The notes: generated by a model from the sequence alone, not told the origin. Shown: positions 1-10,216, numbered from the stretch's first letter. The stretch is DNA of 64,000 nt from Candidatus Omnitrophota bacterium (GCA_018817165.1 JAHITY010000088.1:2866-66865); one strand, 5' to 3'. A program made the numbers and translations.

Positions 1-2384
1 CCCTTTTTGCTTAACTTCTTCCAGAAGTGTTCAAGAATATTTTCCATTGCCTGGCGACAATTTTTTAAAGCGTCTCTTCTGTTATCCTTTTGATAATCGC
101 GATCGGCCAATTCCAAATAATGCTTAGGATCAGAATAGTAAATTTTTACTCCGCGTTGTTTTATGATATCAGGAGGAATAAATTGAATATTAGAAACTAA
201 GTCGTTTCGCTTATTCTTATCAGAGGCAAGTTCAAGATTTTTGACAAATTCCTCTCCATGGCAAGTAATAATTTGTTGTTTATCCTTTAAATCTTCATGA
301 GAAAGCAATAATTCGATAATACCGCTTCTATGGTCATCATCAATAGCATTGACGATATCATCGAACACTAAAATTTCAAGACCTTCATTAACGGCTTTTG
401 AAAGTAGTAATACTAATCCAAGACATCTGATATGCCCTTCACTAAGAATTTGCAAAGCATCCAGCCGATTTTCGCTACCTAAAAAAAGTATTTCAATTTT
501 TTGTCCGCTTTCAGAGGGTAAAAATAATTCATTTATTTTTTCAAACTCTGGGTCTTGATAGTTAATAATATTGTAGAATTCAGCAGCCTTTGAAGCGATA
601 TTTTTTGAAATCATATATGGTAAGGAATCACGATATTTTTTCAAATCTACAATTATTTTAGCATATGATGTGCGAAATTGATTGTTACGTTCAATTTCTT
701 TATCAAGAACTTCAATTCTTTTAATTTCTACTTCATTTTGCTTTTTAAATTTATCGATCAATGCTTGAGAAGCATTAAGTGCCCCAACAATATCTTTCTC
801 TCGCGCTTCTATTGTGATAATTTCATCACGCAAACCCTTGAGCTTCTCAATTTCTTCATGCAGCTTACTATACTGTTCGCGTTTCGAAACGAGACTTAAG
901 TTGTAATCTTTTATTACTTTTTTTGTCTCTTTTATAAACGTTGAATGCTTCCGGATCTTTTCTATCTCAGCATTTGTGGAAGCAAGGAACATGTCGACTC
1001 TTTTAATTTCAAAGTTAGAAAGAGTTATCGTCGGCAGCAGATCTGCTTTCGGCTTTATTATATTATAAACAGTATTATAGCTTTGGATATAATCGTTCAT
1101 TGTTCTAGAGTTATCTAAAATGCTTTGAGCTAAAGAATGTATTTTCTCTTCAAGCTCCGCTAAAGATTTTAGTAGATTGTGTTGCTCATTAGCATTTTCA
1201 TATGGATTTTTGGTCACATTATTCAATGGTGTCAAACATGCCGGACAAATGGACTTGTCATAATCATCGCGGCCAGCAAGATCTTTTATCGAATTAAATA
1301 ACGCTTTAAATACAACATCCTTTCCTGCACTAACATATTTTTCTTGTATTTTCTTAAGGTCTTTAATACTTTTTTTAATGTGGGAAATTGAATCTCTGAC
1401 ATTCTGCGGTATTTTTTCATCAATATTATTTGGTATCTCTCTTCCCTTTTCATCTTGAAGTAAAGATATTTTTCCTTTTGTATCACTTTCATCATCAAGT
1501 AACTTCTTGAACTCTCTGATGTTTTTTATATTTGGGGTTCCTAGTTTTTTGATTAATTCAATCTCTTCGCTTTTGAGATTTTGAAGTTTGGTTTTTTCTT
1601 CCGCCAAAGTAGCAATATTTTGTTTATATTTCACTTGTTGTTCTTCAAAAGAAACTTTTAACGAATTGGTGGCTAATAAATGCTTGTCATCAAGAGTATC
1701 CGTAAAGTCTTCAACAAATGAATGGAATGCATCAAGACCGAAAAGAATGGAAATCCGAGCCTGCTGGTCTTTTGGGGTTGTGGCTGCCAGGCGAGCAAAT
1801 GAGTCAATTCTGTTTTTTTCTATGAAACAAAATCGGTAATTTTGAGATGAGGGTTGAACCAGATCCTCTTCTCCGTTATCAATGCTCCCATAAGCATTAG
1901 GTTTTTCCCAATTACCGGTATCAACATTCTGTAAATATTCTTGTATAGGAATTCTCTTAGCATCACACTCTTCAATTTCACCAAGTAACGCGTATTCAAG
2001 GCCTTCACAGAAACTGGATTTTCCAGATCCATTTGGCCCGCACATGTATGTATACTGCGTTTCAAACCGGAATGTTTCCTTTTGCCTAAACCCCCTGAAA
2101 GGACCAATCTCTAATCTTGTTATTTTAGAAACTCTTTTGTGATTACCAGACTCTTTCGAATGTACGGGAGAAACAAAAGGTTTGATGTCCTCACTAAACT
2201 TCTTGATTAGCTCTCCAATTCTTTTTGCCCTTTTACTTTGGGAACGTCCTAAAGGATAAAGTTCGTCTAAATTAGTTGCAATAAGATTTAGAAGCTTTTT
2301 ATCCGTATCGTTAAGTGTTTTATCTTGCTTTATACGTTCTAGCCAGAGATAAAACTCATTCTTTACAATAGCTGGTATGTTCAT
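1..2384 (-). CDS. Rad50/SbcC-like ABC-ATPase with zinc hook, RloC-like defence protein; 3' end runs off the window
   Basis: Manual translation from ATG at 2384 (MNIPAIVKNEFYLW...) is open to base 1. It has Walker A GPNGSGKS, a coiled coil with CPAC, signature LSEGH, Walker B/D-loop LVFDDIVNAID, H-loop IITCH and a C-terminal helix NCRQAMENIL. Missing from the ORF track because it has no stop in the window. Confidence 0.8.
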   Translation of the reverse strand, partial: MNIPAIVKNEFYLWLERIKQDKTLNDTDKKLLNLIATNLDELYPLGRSQSKRAKRIGELIKKFSEDIKPFVSPVHSKESGNHKRVSKITRLEIGPFRGFRQKETFRFETQYTYMCGPNGSGKSSFCEGLEYALLGEIEECDAKRIPIQEYLQNVDTGNWEKPNAYGSIDNGEEDLVQPSSQNYRFCFIEKNRIDSFARLAATTPKDQQARISILFGLDAFHSFVEDFTDTLDDKHLLATNSLKVSFEEQQVKYKQNIATLAEEKTKLQNLKSEEIELIKKLGTPNIKNIREFKKLLDDESDTKGKISLLQDEKGREIPNNIDEKIPQNVRDSISHIKKSIKDLKKIQEKYVSAGKDVVFKALFNSIKDLAGRDDYDKSICPACLTPLNNVTKNPYENANEQHNLLKSLAELEEKIHSLAQSILDNSRTMNDYIQSYNTVYNIIKPKADLLPTITLSNFEIKRVDMFLASTNAEIEKIRKHSTFIKETKKVIKDYNLSLVSKREQYSKLHEEIEKLKGLRDEIITIEAREKDIVGALNASQALIDKFKKQNEVEIKRIEVLDKEIERNNQFRTSYAKIIVDLKKYRDSLPYMISKNIASKAAEFYNIINYQDPEFEKINELFLPSESGQKIEILFLGSENRLDALQILSEGHIRCLGLVLLLSKAVNEGLEILVFDDIVNAIDDDHRSGIIELLLSHEDLKDKQQIITCHGEEFVKNLELASDKNKRNDLVSNIQFIPPDIIKQRGVKIYYSDPKHYLELADRDYQKDNRRDALKNCRQAMENILEHFWKKLSKK

Positions 2385-2387
2385 TAT

Positions 2388-3560
2388 TTAATTTCCTTTT
2401 ACTTTCAACTCTCCGCTCATCAGCTTTGGCAAAAGCGTATCTCGAAGTTTTTCAAGCGTAGAAATTTGATTTGCATTGTTCTTTAACTTAGGAAATATCT
2501 CTACCAATTGATAGTTTAATTTCTCAATTATTTTCATTGGTGGCATTTTCATTTCATATTCTTTAATTACATTAGCTTGTGCTCTTTGCCTCCCACTCGA
2601 GCCAGACATACTACTAATAGCAAAATCTCTAAAATCTTTATCCTTGGCTAAAATATATGAAATATATGGGTGAAATTGCTCTTTCATCCTTATCACAATA
2701 TATTCTGTCGATCCCCAACCAATTTCCTTATTATCTAAAAACGTCACAAAACAAGTTTTTCCATTTTCTAAGCATGGAGTAATCCTTGCTAAAAGAGTAT
2801 CTCCATTTTGAAATTTCATCCCTGATGTAAATTCTCGTTTATACCAACCCTCTGGATTAAAGGTTGAACTACTTACATTGCCCATTTCAAGGTATGTTGA
2901 GATATTTCCCTTCTTAAGCTGATATGTAGGATTTATATCCGCAATATCTTCAAGGCAACCATCCTCCCACTCCTCCTTAGCCTCTTCCACAAACCACTGC
3001 CTAAAAAGCGTTTCAGCTATTGATTCAAGGGTTTTATTTTGGCGGTGAAGTAAATCAATCTTATCATCCAAACTCGACAATACCCCGGCAATTGCTTTTT
3101 GTTCAGGAAGTGAGGGCAATATAATATCCAAATTTTCAATATCTGAAGGCTTTAATGATGGATATGTTGAAGTTGAAGCCTCAGCGATTATATCCAACTC
3201 CTCAACAATATCATCCGCCGACAAATAAAAATAAATAAACTTCGGGTCGGCTAAGTTTTTATTTGTTTCCAATACAACAAAACCTGTTGAAACAACTAAA
3301 TTTTCTTCTGGCTGAGCTACAAAACCATAATGACGTTGTATCGGTCTTACTGTTGAATAAACAATATCATCATGTTTTACTAGTCGTTTAGCCCTACTCG
3401 GAGCATCAATCAATTCAAGTTCCTGATACCCATCAATCTTTCCACAAGTAATGGAACCTGTATCTAAATATTTAATTACATTAAACTTATAGTCGCGACC
3501 AACACTCCGATTATTCGATGATATAACATCCCCCAACTTACATTCTTTCCAATCAGTCAT
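2388..3560 (-). CDS. hsdS: Type I restriction-modification specificity subunit
   Basis: Two TRD halves, spacer LPEQKAIAGVLSSLDDKIDL, C-terminal LRDTLLPKLMSGEL; near hsdM. Confidence 0.95.
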   Translation of the reverse strand: MTDWKECKLGDVISSNNRSVGRDYKFNVIKYLDTGSITCGKIDGYQELELIDAPSRAKRLVKHDDIVYSTVRPIQRHYGFVAQPEENLVVSTGFVVLETNKNLADPKFIYFYLSADDIVEELDIIAEASTSTYPSLKPSDIENLDIILPSLPEQKAIAGVLSSLDDKIDLLHRQNKTLESIAETLFRQWFVEEAKEEWEDGCLEDIADINPTYQLKKGNISTYLEMGNVSSSTFNPEGWYKREFTSGMKFQNGDTLLARITPCLENGKTCFVTFLDNKEIGWGSTEYIVIRMKEQFHPYISYILAKDKDFRDFAISSMSGSSGRQRAQANVIKEYEMKMPPMKIIEKLNYQLVEIFPKLKNNANQISTLEKLRDTLLPKLMSGELKVKGN

Positions 3561-3953
3561 TATTTACCATCCCACTCTAGTCTTAACTGATTAATTTCTT
3601 TCTCAGAAATGTCCAATTCTATTAAAATCTTTTGCATAATTTCTCTACTTGTTCGGTTACTTATTCGGTTGCTTGTTCGGCACATTGGGTTTTAAATCCA
3701 ATTTTAGTCTCAAGTTTTACCTTTTTCTCAAAATCTACATCTCTTTAGAGGAGATTTCCACTTTATAGGAAAGCTGCTTCCTGGTAATTTCAGGATGATT
3801 CCTTACCAATCGCAAGATCATTTCTTGGGTAGTTTCTTGGATAGCTTCTTGGGTAGTCTTTTGAGGGACATTCTTAAACCTTATCACAAAACTACCGTCT
3901 ATTACCTGATATTCAGGTAAAGGCAAGCCATCTGCTTTTAACAATTGATTCAT
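3560..3953 (-). pseudogene. Fragments of a RecG-C/HATPase_c_4-wHTH type gene
   Basis: 72-aa ORF 3735-3953 (GLPLPEY...TTQE repeats...ILRLVRNHPEITRKQL) looks like only the C-terminal part of such proteins; a second interrupted EQATE*VTEQVE segment lies near 3630-3680. Confidence 0.5.
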
Positions 3954-3957
3954 TATT

Positions 3958-4845
3958 TTACAATCTCTCTAATATTTTTAATGCCTGTTTACCAAACTTA
4001 GAAAATGCGAACATTTTCTTCCCCAAATCTTTTAATGATGCCCCAAAATGATAAACATCTTTATTATCAATAATTAAAAATCTGTCATGAGCATCTTTAA
4101 ATTCTTGAATAATAATTTCCGGATATTGCTCATTATGCTTTTTTAAATCCAAAGCAAGCTGTTTTGTTATAACCTTTGTAAAAATCCGCGCAGAAACACC
4201 TTTTTTGCGCTTAGTAAATAATGTCAGAACCGAATCATCAACATAATTATCAATCAGAATAATTGACTTTTTTGCCTTTCGTATAAGATCAGATACAAAT
4301 TTGTAAGCATCAAAAACTTGACCCTCAAAAAATATACCCTGTTTAGGCAATGCGTCTCCGCTCTCTAATGCCTTAAAAACCTGTTCAAATTTTTGATCTG
4401 TTATAATCTGATGTTCAAGCTGTTTTTTCTCCACTTCGTGTAACCTTTGGAATAATTGCCCATTAGACAAAATAAATTTACGCATCGCCACAAACGCGTT
4501 AATAATTTTAATACTAATTTTTACTGCTATATCACTCTTAAGAACTCCCGCGAGCATTGCAATGCCTTGTTCGTTAAAAACATACGGTAAATAACGTCGG
4601 CCACCCTTATTTCCCTTTGAGGTCACAAAATGTGACCTCAAACAATCATTCTCTTCTGTTGTCAGCTGAAACATAAATTCATCGGGAAAGCGTTCTTTAT
4701 TGCGTTTTACCGCTTGATTCAAAATCTTTGTTTCAACACCATAAAGTTCTGCCAAATCACTATCCAGCATAACCTGAACATCCCGCACCGTAAAAATCTT
4801 TCTTTCAACAGCTTCTAATTTAACTATCTCATTTTTCTCCATCAC
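3958..4845 (-). CDS. ORF6N-domain DNA-binding protein with C-terminal PLD-like domain
   Basis: VMLDSDLAELYGVETKILNQAVKRNKERFPDEFMFQL (ORF6N); C-terminal LIDNYVD...HDRFLIID...YHFGASLKD. Confidence 0.85.
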   Translation of the reverse strand: MMEKNEIVKLEAVERKIFTVRDVQVMLDSDLAELYGVETKILNQAVKRNKERFPDEFMFQLTTEENDCLRSHFVTSKGNKGGRRYLPYVFNEQGIAMLAGVLKSDIAVKISIKIINAFVAMRKFILSNGQLFQRLHEVEKKQLEHQIITDQKFEQVFKALESGDALPKQGIFFEGQVFDAYKFVSDLIRKAKKSIILIDNYVDDSVLTLFTKRKKGVSARIFTKVITKQLALDLKKHNEQYPEIIIQEFKDAHDRFLIIDNKDVYHFGASLKDLGKKMFAFSKFGKQALKILERL

Positions 4846-4975
4846 TCTTCACCTATTTTAATTTATTCCTCACTTCATACACTGCTTCCGTTATAAGGTC
4901 ACATTTTGTGACCTTATAATGTTTCCAAACCTGCATTGGATTATGTATTTCTTTTTTAGATATCACAATTTGTGA
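4616..4975. repeat. Three palindromes with core TCACA-N3-TGTGA (4616-4642, 4891-4919, 4963-4975)
   Basis: TTTGAGGTCACA-AAA-TGTGACCTCAAA; TTATAAGGTCACA-TTT-TGTGACCTTATAA; TCACA-ATT-TGTGA, read directly. Confidence 0.85.
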
Positions 4976-4991
4976 CTTCCAATCGTCCATT

Positions 4992-6560
4992 TCATCCTGA
5001 GTTAACTGAAGCCGCATTGACTTTAACTTTTTTCAAATTTTCTTTGATCAATGCGTTTAATTTTTCTTCTTCTTTCAGCTGTTCTTCAAATTCTTTTTTC
5101 AAAGCTGTAAACCGCTCATTAAAATCAAAATCATCTTCTTCATCCGGCAAACCAACATATCTACCTGGAGTCAGAACATAATCAAGTTCTCTAACTTTTT
5201 CTATGGATGTGGAATTACAAAACCCCTTTACATCCTCATAGTTACTTTCAGATTTACGCCAATTATGATAAGTTTGAGCTATATGTTTGATATCATCTGG
5301 TGAAAACTCCTTGGTTCTGCGATTGATCAAATGTCCCATATTGCGGGCATCAATAAACAGAATCTCATCAGTACGATTTCTATATCCGCCATTGGCTTTA
5401 TTTCTGCTTAAAAACCAAAGGCTTGCGGGAATCTGAGTATTTAAAAATAACTTTGCCGGAAGATTAACAATGCAGTCAACCAATCTGGCTTCAATCAAGG
5501 ATTTGCGGATATCACCTTCTCCTGAGGTTTTGGAGGTCAAAGAGCCTTTGGCCAAAACAAAACCCGCCATGCCTTTTGGACTCAGATGATATAAAAAGTG
5601 TTGTATCCAAGCATAATTAGCATTGCCGGGAGGCGGTGTGCCGAATTTCCAGCGGCCGTCATTACGTAGCAATTCACCACTCCAATCACTGTCATTAAAC
5701 GGAGGATTGGCAATCAAATAATCTGCTTTTAGATCTTTATGGCCATCATTTAAAAATGACCCTTCATTATTCCATTTAACTTGAGAGCTATCAATATTGC
5801 GAATTGCCAGATTCATTTTGGCCAAACGCCAGGTAGTTTGATTGCTTTCCTGTCCATAAATAGATAGATCATTTACTCTGCCTTGATGGCTGGATACAAA
5901 CTTTTCTGATTGAACAAACATACCTCCGGAACCGCAGCAAGGATCAAATACCCGGCCTTTGTGCGGCTCAAGCATTTCAACAAGTAATTCGACAACACTT
6001 CTCGGAGTATAAAACTGTCCGCCCTTTTTCCCTTCAGCCAGAGCAAATTCTCCCAAAAAATATTCAAATACATGCCCAAGAATATCAGCACTGCGGGCTT
6101 TGGCATCACCCAACGCAATTTTGCTAATCTCATCAATCAATCCACCAAGATTTGTCGGATCAAGATTGCCACGAGCGTATACCTTAGGCAATACGCCATT
6201 AAGCGATGGATTTTCCTTTTCAATGATATCCATTGCCGAGTCAACTATCTTACCAATAGTCGGCATTTTGGCATTAGAGCGCAAATGATTCCAACGAGCA
6301 ATTCCCGGAACAAAGAAAACATTTTCCGCTTTGTATTCATCTTTATCCTCTGGATCCGCGCCAGAATAACTCCCTTTACCAGCTACAAGTTTATCGTGCA
6401 ATTCTTCAAAAGTATCAGAGATATATTTTAAAAACATTAAGCCTAAAACTATATGTTTGTATTCAGCCGCGTCAATATTCTTTCTAAGCTTATCCGCGAC
6501 TTTCCAAAGCTGTTTTTCAATCGGCTCATCTTGAGTCTTGTTGTTTTTAACTTTTGCCAT
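4992..6560 (-). CDS. hsdM: Type I restriction-modification N6-adenine methyltransferase subunit
   Basis: [30 protein letters not shown] (motif I), ANPPFN (motif IV). Confidence 0.97.
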   Translation of the reverse strand: MAKVKNNKTQDEPIEKQLWKVADKLRKNIDAAEYKHIVLGLMFLKYISDTFEELHDKLVAGKGSYSGADPEDKDEYKAENVFFVPGIARWNHLRSNAKMPTIGKIVDSAMDIIEKENPSLNGVLPKVYARGNLDPTNLGGLIDEISKIALGDAKARSADILGHVFEYFLGEFALAEGKKGGQFYTPRSVVELLVEMLEPHKGRVFDPCCGSGGMFVQSEKFVSSHQGRVNDLSIYGQESNQTTWRLAKMNLAIRNIDSSQVKWNNEGSFLNDGHKDLKADYLIANPPFNDSDWSGELLRNDGRWKFGTPPPGNANYAWIQHFLYHLSPKGMAGFVLAKGSLTSKTSGEGDIRKSLIEARLVDCIVNLPAKLFLNTQIPASLWFLSRNKANGGYRNRTDEILFIDARNMGHLINRRTKEFSPDDIKHIAQTYHNWRKSESNYEDVKGFCNSTSIEKVRELDYVLTPGRYVGLPDEEDDFDFNERFTALKKEFEEQLKEEEKLNALIKENLKKVKVNAASVNSG

Positions 6561-6584
6561 GTTTTCTCCAAATTCTTATAATAA

Positions 6585-7277
6585 TTATAAAATTCCTTGA
6601 TCGCTAAAACTATAGAAACCCTCACTACCAATAATGATATGATCTATTAATTTAATTTGCATCAGTTTTGCAGCTTCACTTAATTCTTTGGTAAATTTTT
6701 CATCTTGAGGACTTGGCTTTATCCTAGCACTGGGATGATTATGCGCGCAAATTATTGATACCGCGAATTTCTGCAAAGCTCCATGGATAATTTCCCGCAC
6801 AATCGGCATGGCGTGATTTACTGTACCTATTGCCGCGTCTTCAATATCAATAATTCGATTATCACTATCAAGATAAACAACCTTGAAAATCTCAGTCTTT
6901 AAATCCCTCATTTGCGGCATAAGAACATCCACAAGCTCTTTTGCTGATTTTATTTTCTGTTTTCCGGCAACAAGTTCATCTTCACGGAACCGCCTACCAA
7001 TCTCAAGAGCCGCCTGAATATGGGCAAGCTTTGCGCTGCCCAAGCCTTTAAACTCTTTCCAATCCCGCGCGTCTGTTTGAGTCATATTGCGAAATGTGCT
7101 AAATTTTTTAAGAATATTACGAGCAAGGTCAATCGCACTGGTGCCTTTAGTTCCGGTGCGCAGAAGAATAGCCAAGAGCTCAGACTTACTCAAAGTTTTC
7201 GCCCCATTCTTAAGCAGCTTCTCTCTGGGCCGATCATCTACTGGCCAACTGATAATACCTTGCGATTTCTTTTTCAT
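6585..7277 (-). CDS. radC: RadC/JAB-domain (UPF0758) protein
   Basis: RPREKL, ELLAILLRTG, HNHPS...PSPQD, LIDHIIIG. Confidence 0.93.
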   Translation of the reverse strand: MKKKSQGIISWPVDDRPREKLLKNGAKTLSKSELLAILLRTGTKGTSAIDLARNILKKFSTFRNMTQTDARDWKEFKGLGSAKLAHIQAALEIGRRFREDELVAGKQKIKSAKELVDVLMPQMRDLKTEIFKVVYLDSDNRIIDIEDAAIGTVNHAMPIVREIIHGALQKFAVSIICAHNHPSARIKPSPQDEKFTKELSEAAKLMQIKLIDHIIIGSEGFYSFSDQGIL

Positions 7278-7583
7278 AACACACCCTTAAAAACAAAAAA
7301 CCGAAGGATGTTTATCCTTCAGCCCCTATTCCAGTTATAACAAATACAATTTGATTTTCATCACATTATTTGATCCCATATTTAGATAAATTCAAAAGCC
7401 AAAAATATTCTTCGCTCAATCCAATAGCCCATCTAGACAATTTCTAAATTATCTAATATTTTACTAGGAATTAAAAAAGATAATAATATGTAATAATTAT
7501 ACTACCCCCGTACTAGTTAAACAACCCCTAAAATTAATGGAGATATAAACTTGCTATATCTCTAAACCTATGGCTATATTGTA

Positions 7584-7913
7584 ATGACAGCAAAGGAGAT
7601 GATTATGGAACAGGCAAAACTCAGGGAAATTATGGGGCATAAAGATTATACATTATCAGAGCTAAAGGCCAAATATAAGGCCTTATATGGCCCAGAAAGC
7701 GCCACACCAAGCAATAAAGTCTACTTATGGCGCAAGATTGCCTATAAACTGCAGGAACTGGAACACGGCGGGCTTTCCAGCCAAGCCCAGGGCAAAATTG
7801 AGGAGTTTATCGAGAAATATGACCCAGTTAACAATAAATTTAAAGATTATAAGATATCCAAATATTCAGATATTTTATCTAAAATTTCCTTAAAAGGAAT
7901 CTGCCCCTTATAA
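7584..7913 (+). CDS. DUF2924-family protein, probably C-terminally truncated
   Basis: LSELKAKYKALYG...YLWRKIAYKLQELEHGGLS matches the DUF2924 N-terminal pattern; 3' end overlaps the convergent AbiEii gene. Confidence 0.6.
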   Translation: MTAKEMIMEQAKLREIMGHKDYTLSELKAKYKALYGPESATPSNKVYLWRKIAYKLQELEHGGLSSQAQGKIEEFIEKYDPVNNKFKDYKISKYSDILSKISLKGICPL

Positions 7914-8794
7914 TATAAAGCCGACGTATTATTATATTCTCTTTCAAAAAGCTTTCTTGTTTTAACATTTTCTAACAATAAAGCTTCCTGTTTTAGAACA
8001 GGAAGTTCCTTATCTTTATCAGGAAATCGACACTCTTTATGATCTAGATATTCTTGTGTTCCAATAAAGTCCTGAACTGTCTCAACATTTAAAAGGCAAG
8101 CAAGATCATAATAATGTCGAATGAAATTTGGAGACAGTTGCCCACTTTCTTGAAATTGACGAAATTTTGTTAAAACTGTTTGCATTTTTTCAACGAATGT
8201 ATACCCAGGATGATAGCATTTTACATCGCAAGCTTTATTATCTAAAACTTCCATATTATTTTTTTGAGCAAAATCAAGAGCCCAAGAACTAATTATCAAA
8301 GGAGTATTGGGAGCAACATTATCAAAACCAACTTCAAGCAAAATCCCCTCTTTTACCCCATCGGCAAATGTAAACGTATTTTTATAGTAAAGCCGAATTC
8401 CTCCACTTCTGTATTTTTTATCATCAAAATCAGTATCACGCTCTACTCTATCTATTCCCTCAATTTGGATATTATTCGCAAGCCAATCATAGTAATTTTT
8501 ACGGCTTTCACAATGCTTTGGTTTATCATGATTTCTTCCAGTCTTAACATTCATCTGCGCAGGTGGTTCGATACGAATATCTATATCTTCGGAAAAACGA
8601 TGAATTATTCCATAGCCCTTAGAAAGTGATGTGCCGCCTTTTAATTCAAATAAGAATTCATTTTTCTGCAATCCATATAACACATGCATTATCCAATAAT
8701 CCTTTTCCACAAGACTACTCTCTATATTATGCTGATGTTCTACGGCTCGCAAAAGTTCTTTAAATTCATGATGGTTATGCAAATAATCAGGCAT
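7847..8794 (-). CDS. AbiEii/AbiGii-family nucleotidyltransferase toxin (type IV TA)
   Basis: VEKDYW, LKGGTSLSKGYGIIHRFSEDIDI, TFVEK, RHYYD. Confidence 0.9.
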   Translation of the reverse strand: MPDYLHNHHEFKELLRAVEHQHNIESSLVEKDYWIMHVLYGLQKNEFLFELKGGTSLSKGYGIIHRFSEDIDIRIEPPAQMNVKTGRNHDKPKHCESRKNYYDWLANNIQIEGIDRVERDTDFDDKKYRSGGIRLYYKNTFTFADGVKEGILLEVGFDNVAPNTPLIISSWALDFAQKNNMEVLDNKACDVKCYHPGYTFVEKMQTVLTKFRQFQESGQLSPNFIRHYYDLACLLNVETVQDFIGTQEYLDHKECRFPDKDKELPVLKQEALLLENVKTRKLFEREYNNTSALYYKGQIPFKEILDKISEYLDIL

Positions 8795-9380
8795 ACATTA
8801 AAGACTCCTCTGTTATCCATTTATTAAATAGAGTTTTTGTTCTTTCTCCCGCATAAGAATTGAAAACTTTTTTCATCTTTGATTTCGATCCTCTCAAAAC
8901 ATTTTCTTTAACACTTTTAAGAACATCCTCTCTATTTTCTGCTAGCTCATTTAAATTATTCAACAAATCAACCAATAAAAACTCTTTAGAGAGATGTTTA
9001 GGAAATTTATACTTTAAATGAAAATAAAACAACTTTCCTCCAAGCATGAATTGTCCATGGCGTTTATAATTATAAACAACCCTCTTATTATACAGTTGTG
9101 TTGTTCCCACGCCCAATGAATTATATAAATTAGGAGTAGTTAAAAGGAAATCTTTACTTTTTAAAAAAACCTGCACAAGTTTTTCATCCTCTGGAGGAAC
9201 ATTCCCAAAGGATGCTTTCATGGGATAATAATACAATCCCTGCGATACTTTCTGCAAAACCTTTTCTTTTACTAATTGCTTTAAGTGTCTATCAACAGCA
9301 TTAGACCATTGCGCTAGATCACTCCTACGATAAACCCGTCCTGGTTTCAGATTCTTTTTTAACTCTTTAATTGCCTTCAT
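8787..9380 (-). CDS. AbiEi-like antitoxin with N-terminal winged HTH (DUF6088-like)
   Basis: VYRRSDL...VDRHLKQLV...KVSQGLYY, YNSLGVGTTQ; 8-nt overlap with the toxin start. Confidence 0.8.
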   Translation of the reverse strand: MKAIKELKKNLKPGRVYRRSDLAQWSNAVDRHLKQLVKEKVLQKVSQGLYYYPMKASFGNVPPEDEKLVQVFLKSKDFLLTTPNLYNSLGVGTTQLYNKRVVYNYKRHGQFMLGGKLFYFHLKYKFPKHLSKEFLLVDLLNNLNELAENREDVLKSVKENVLRGSKSKMKKVFNSYAGERTKTLFNKWITEESLMYA

Positions 9381-9842
9381 TTTCTCTCACCTCACACTAC
9401 AAGTATACAGTCTTATTTATTATATTGCAAGTTTTTTAATTTAAATTTCATGCACTTTATTGACTTAAAAACAGTTTAATTATAGAACACATCAACTATA
9501 TTTAACTCTCAATTAATCATCATTAACGCAACATTAAGATATAATTATAGTTACAGCAAACACAAAAATTAACCAGTTGCATATCCTTTTACTTGAGAGA
9601 TAAAAAACAGAGAATTTCTAGTTAATGCTTCAAATCTCACCCATTAATCTTAACAATATCCGCCATAAATTCATTTACTAAAACTGATTCGCGAATCGCG
9701 ATATTAGAGATAAAGAGATACTAAAAAAAGCAGAAATTAGAACATAGGGTTTAGGGATTAGGCCTCCCCAGATAAAAGCAGATTATTTAGATAGCAGACA
9801 ATAAATATAAGTCATAACTCTTTGATGTGTTTGCAGATACAA

Positions 9843-9873
9843 AAGGCCTGATAAGTAATTCTTATCAGGCCTT
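9843..9873 (-). terminator. 13-bp perfect hairpin, likely intrinsic terminator
   Basis: AAGGCCTGATAAG-TAATT-CTTATCAGGCCTT; T-run follows on the minus strand. Confidence 0.6.
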
Positions 9874-9909
9874 CTATTATCTCTCAAACTGGTGTTCGAG
9901 AGATTTATT

Positions 9910-9922
9910 TGGCTGCCCCGCA
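9910..9922 (-). repeat. att-like direct repeat of the tRNA-Gln 3' end
   Basis: TGGCTGCCCCGCA at 9910-9922 is identical to 10217-10229; TTGAACC follows in both copies. Confidence 0.8.
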
Positions 9923-10180
9923 GAACATTGAACCGTCGTGTCGCTCCCCTTGAAAAGCAGGTCCACTCACTCCCTAAGGGAGCACTCTTTCAGTTCCCCC
10001 TTAGTATTCCTCCTCCCTACGCAAAGAAGTTCCAGTACGCCGATCCCGAATGAAGTTGCCTAAGAAAAATATCCATCGGGATCCCGAAGAATCACCACAG
10101 AAGTCGAGGCATTCGGGATAAGGGAAAAACAGTCTTTTTCCCTAAAACCCTTTTTTATGGTTCGAGTCCAGGGCATAAAT

Positions 10181-10206
10181 AAAAAACCCACACTAAAAGT
10201 GTGGGT
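10181..10206 (-). terminator. Intrinsic terminator after tRNA-Gln
   Basis: ACCCACACT-AAA-AGTGTGGGT stem with T6 on the minus strand. Confidence 0.75.
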
Positions 10207-10216
10207 CTTATTATTT

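Larger units (their letters stand above)
1..9922. mobile_element. tRNA-Gln-anchored genomic (defence) island, right end only
   Basis: Cluster of R-M, RloC-like, RadC, DUF2924 and AbiE genes directly 3' of tRNA-Gln; duplicated tRNA 3' end at 9910-9922; no integrase in the window. Confidence 0.65.

Noticed and set aside
349-2107. Short ORFs in the track (349-558, 678-899, 1286-1498, 1588-1839, 1820-2107)
   Set aside because: All overlap the long minus-strand ATPase frame 1-2384; shadow ORFs
4616-4975. CRP/FNR sites
   Set aside because: Half-sites are in the reverse order and spacing (TCACA-N3-TGTGA versus TGTGA-N6-TCACA)
9910-9990. Possible second tRNA-Gln or tmRNA
   Set aside because: Only the 3' acceptor strand and a partial T-loop match; no D or anticodon arm and no tag reading frame recognised
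10187-10205. CCCACAC...GTGTGGG resembling the candidate LexA box
   Set aside because: Spacer is 5 rather than 4 nt and it is the stem of the tRNA terminator with a T-tract
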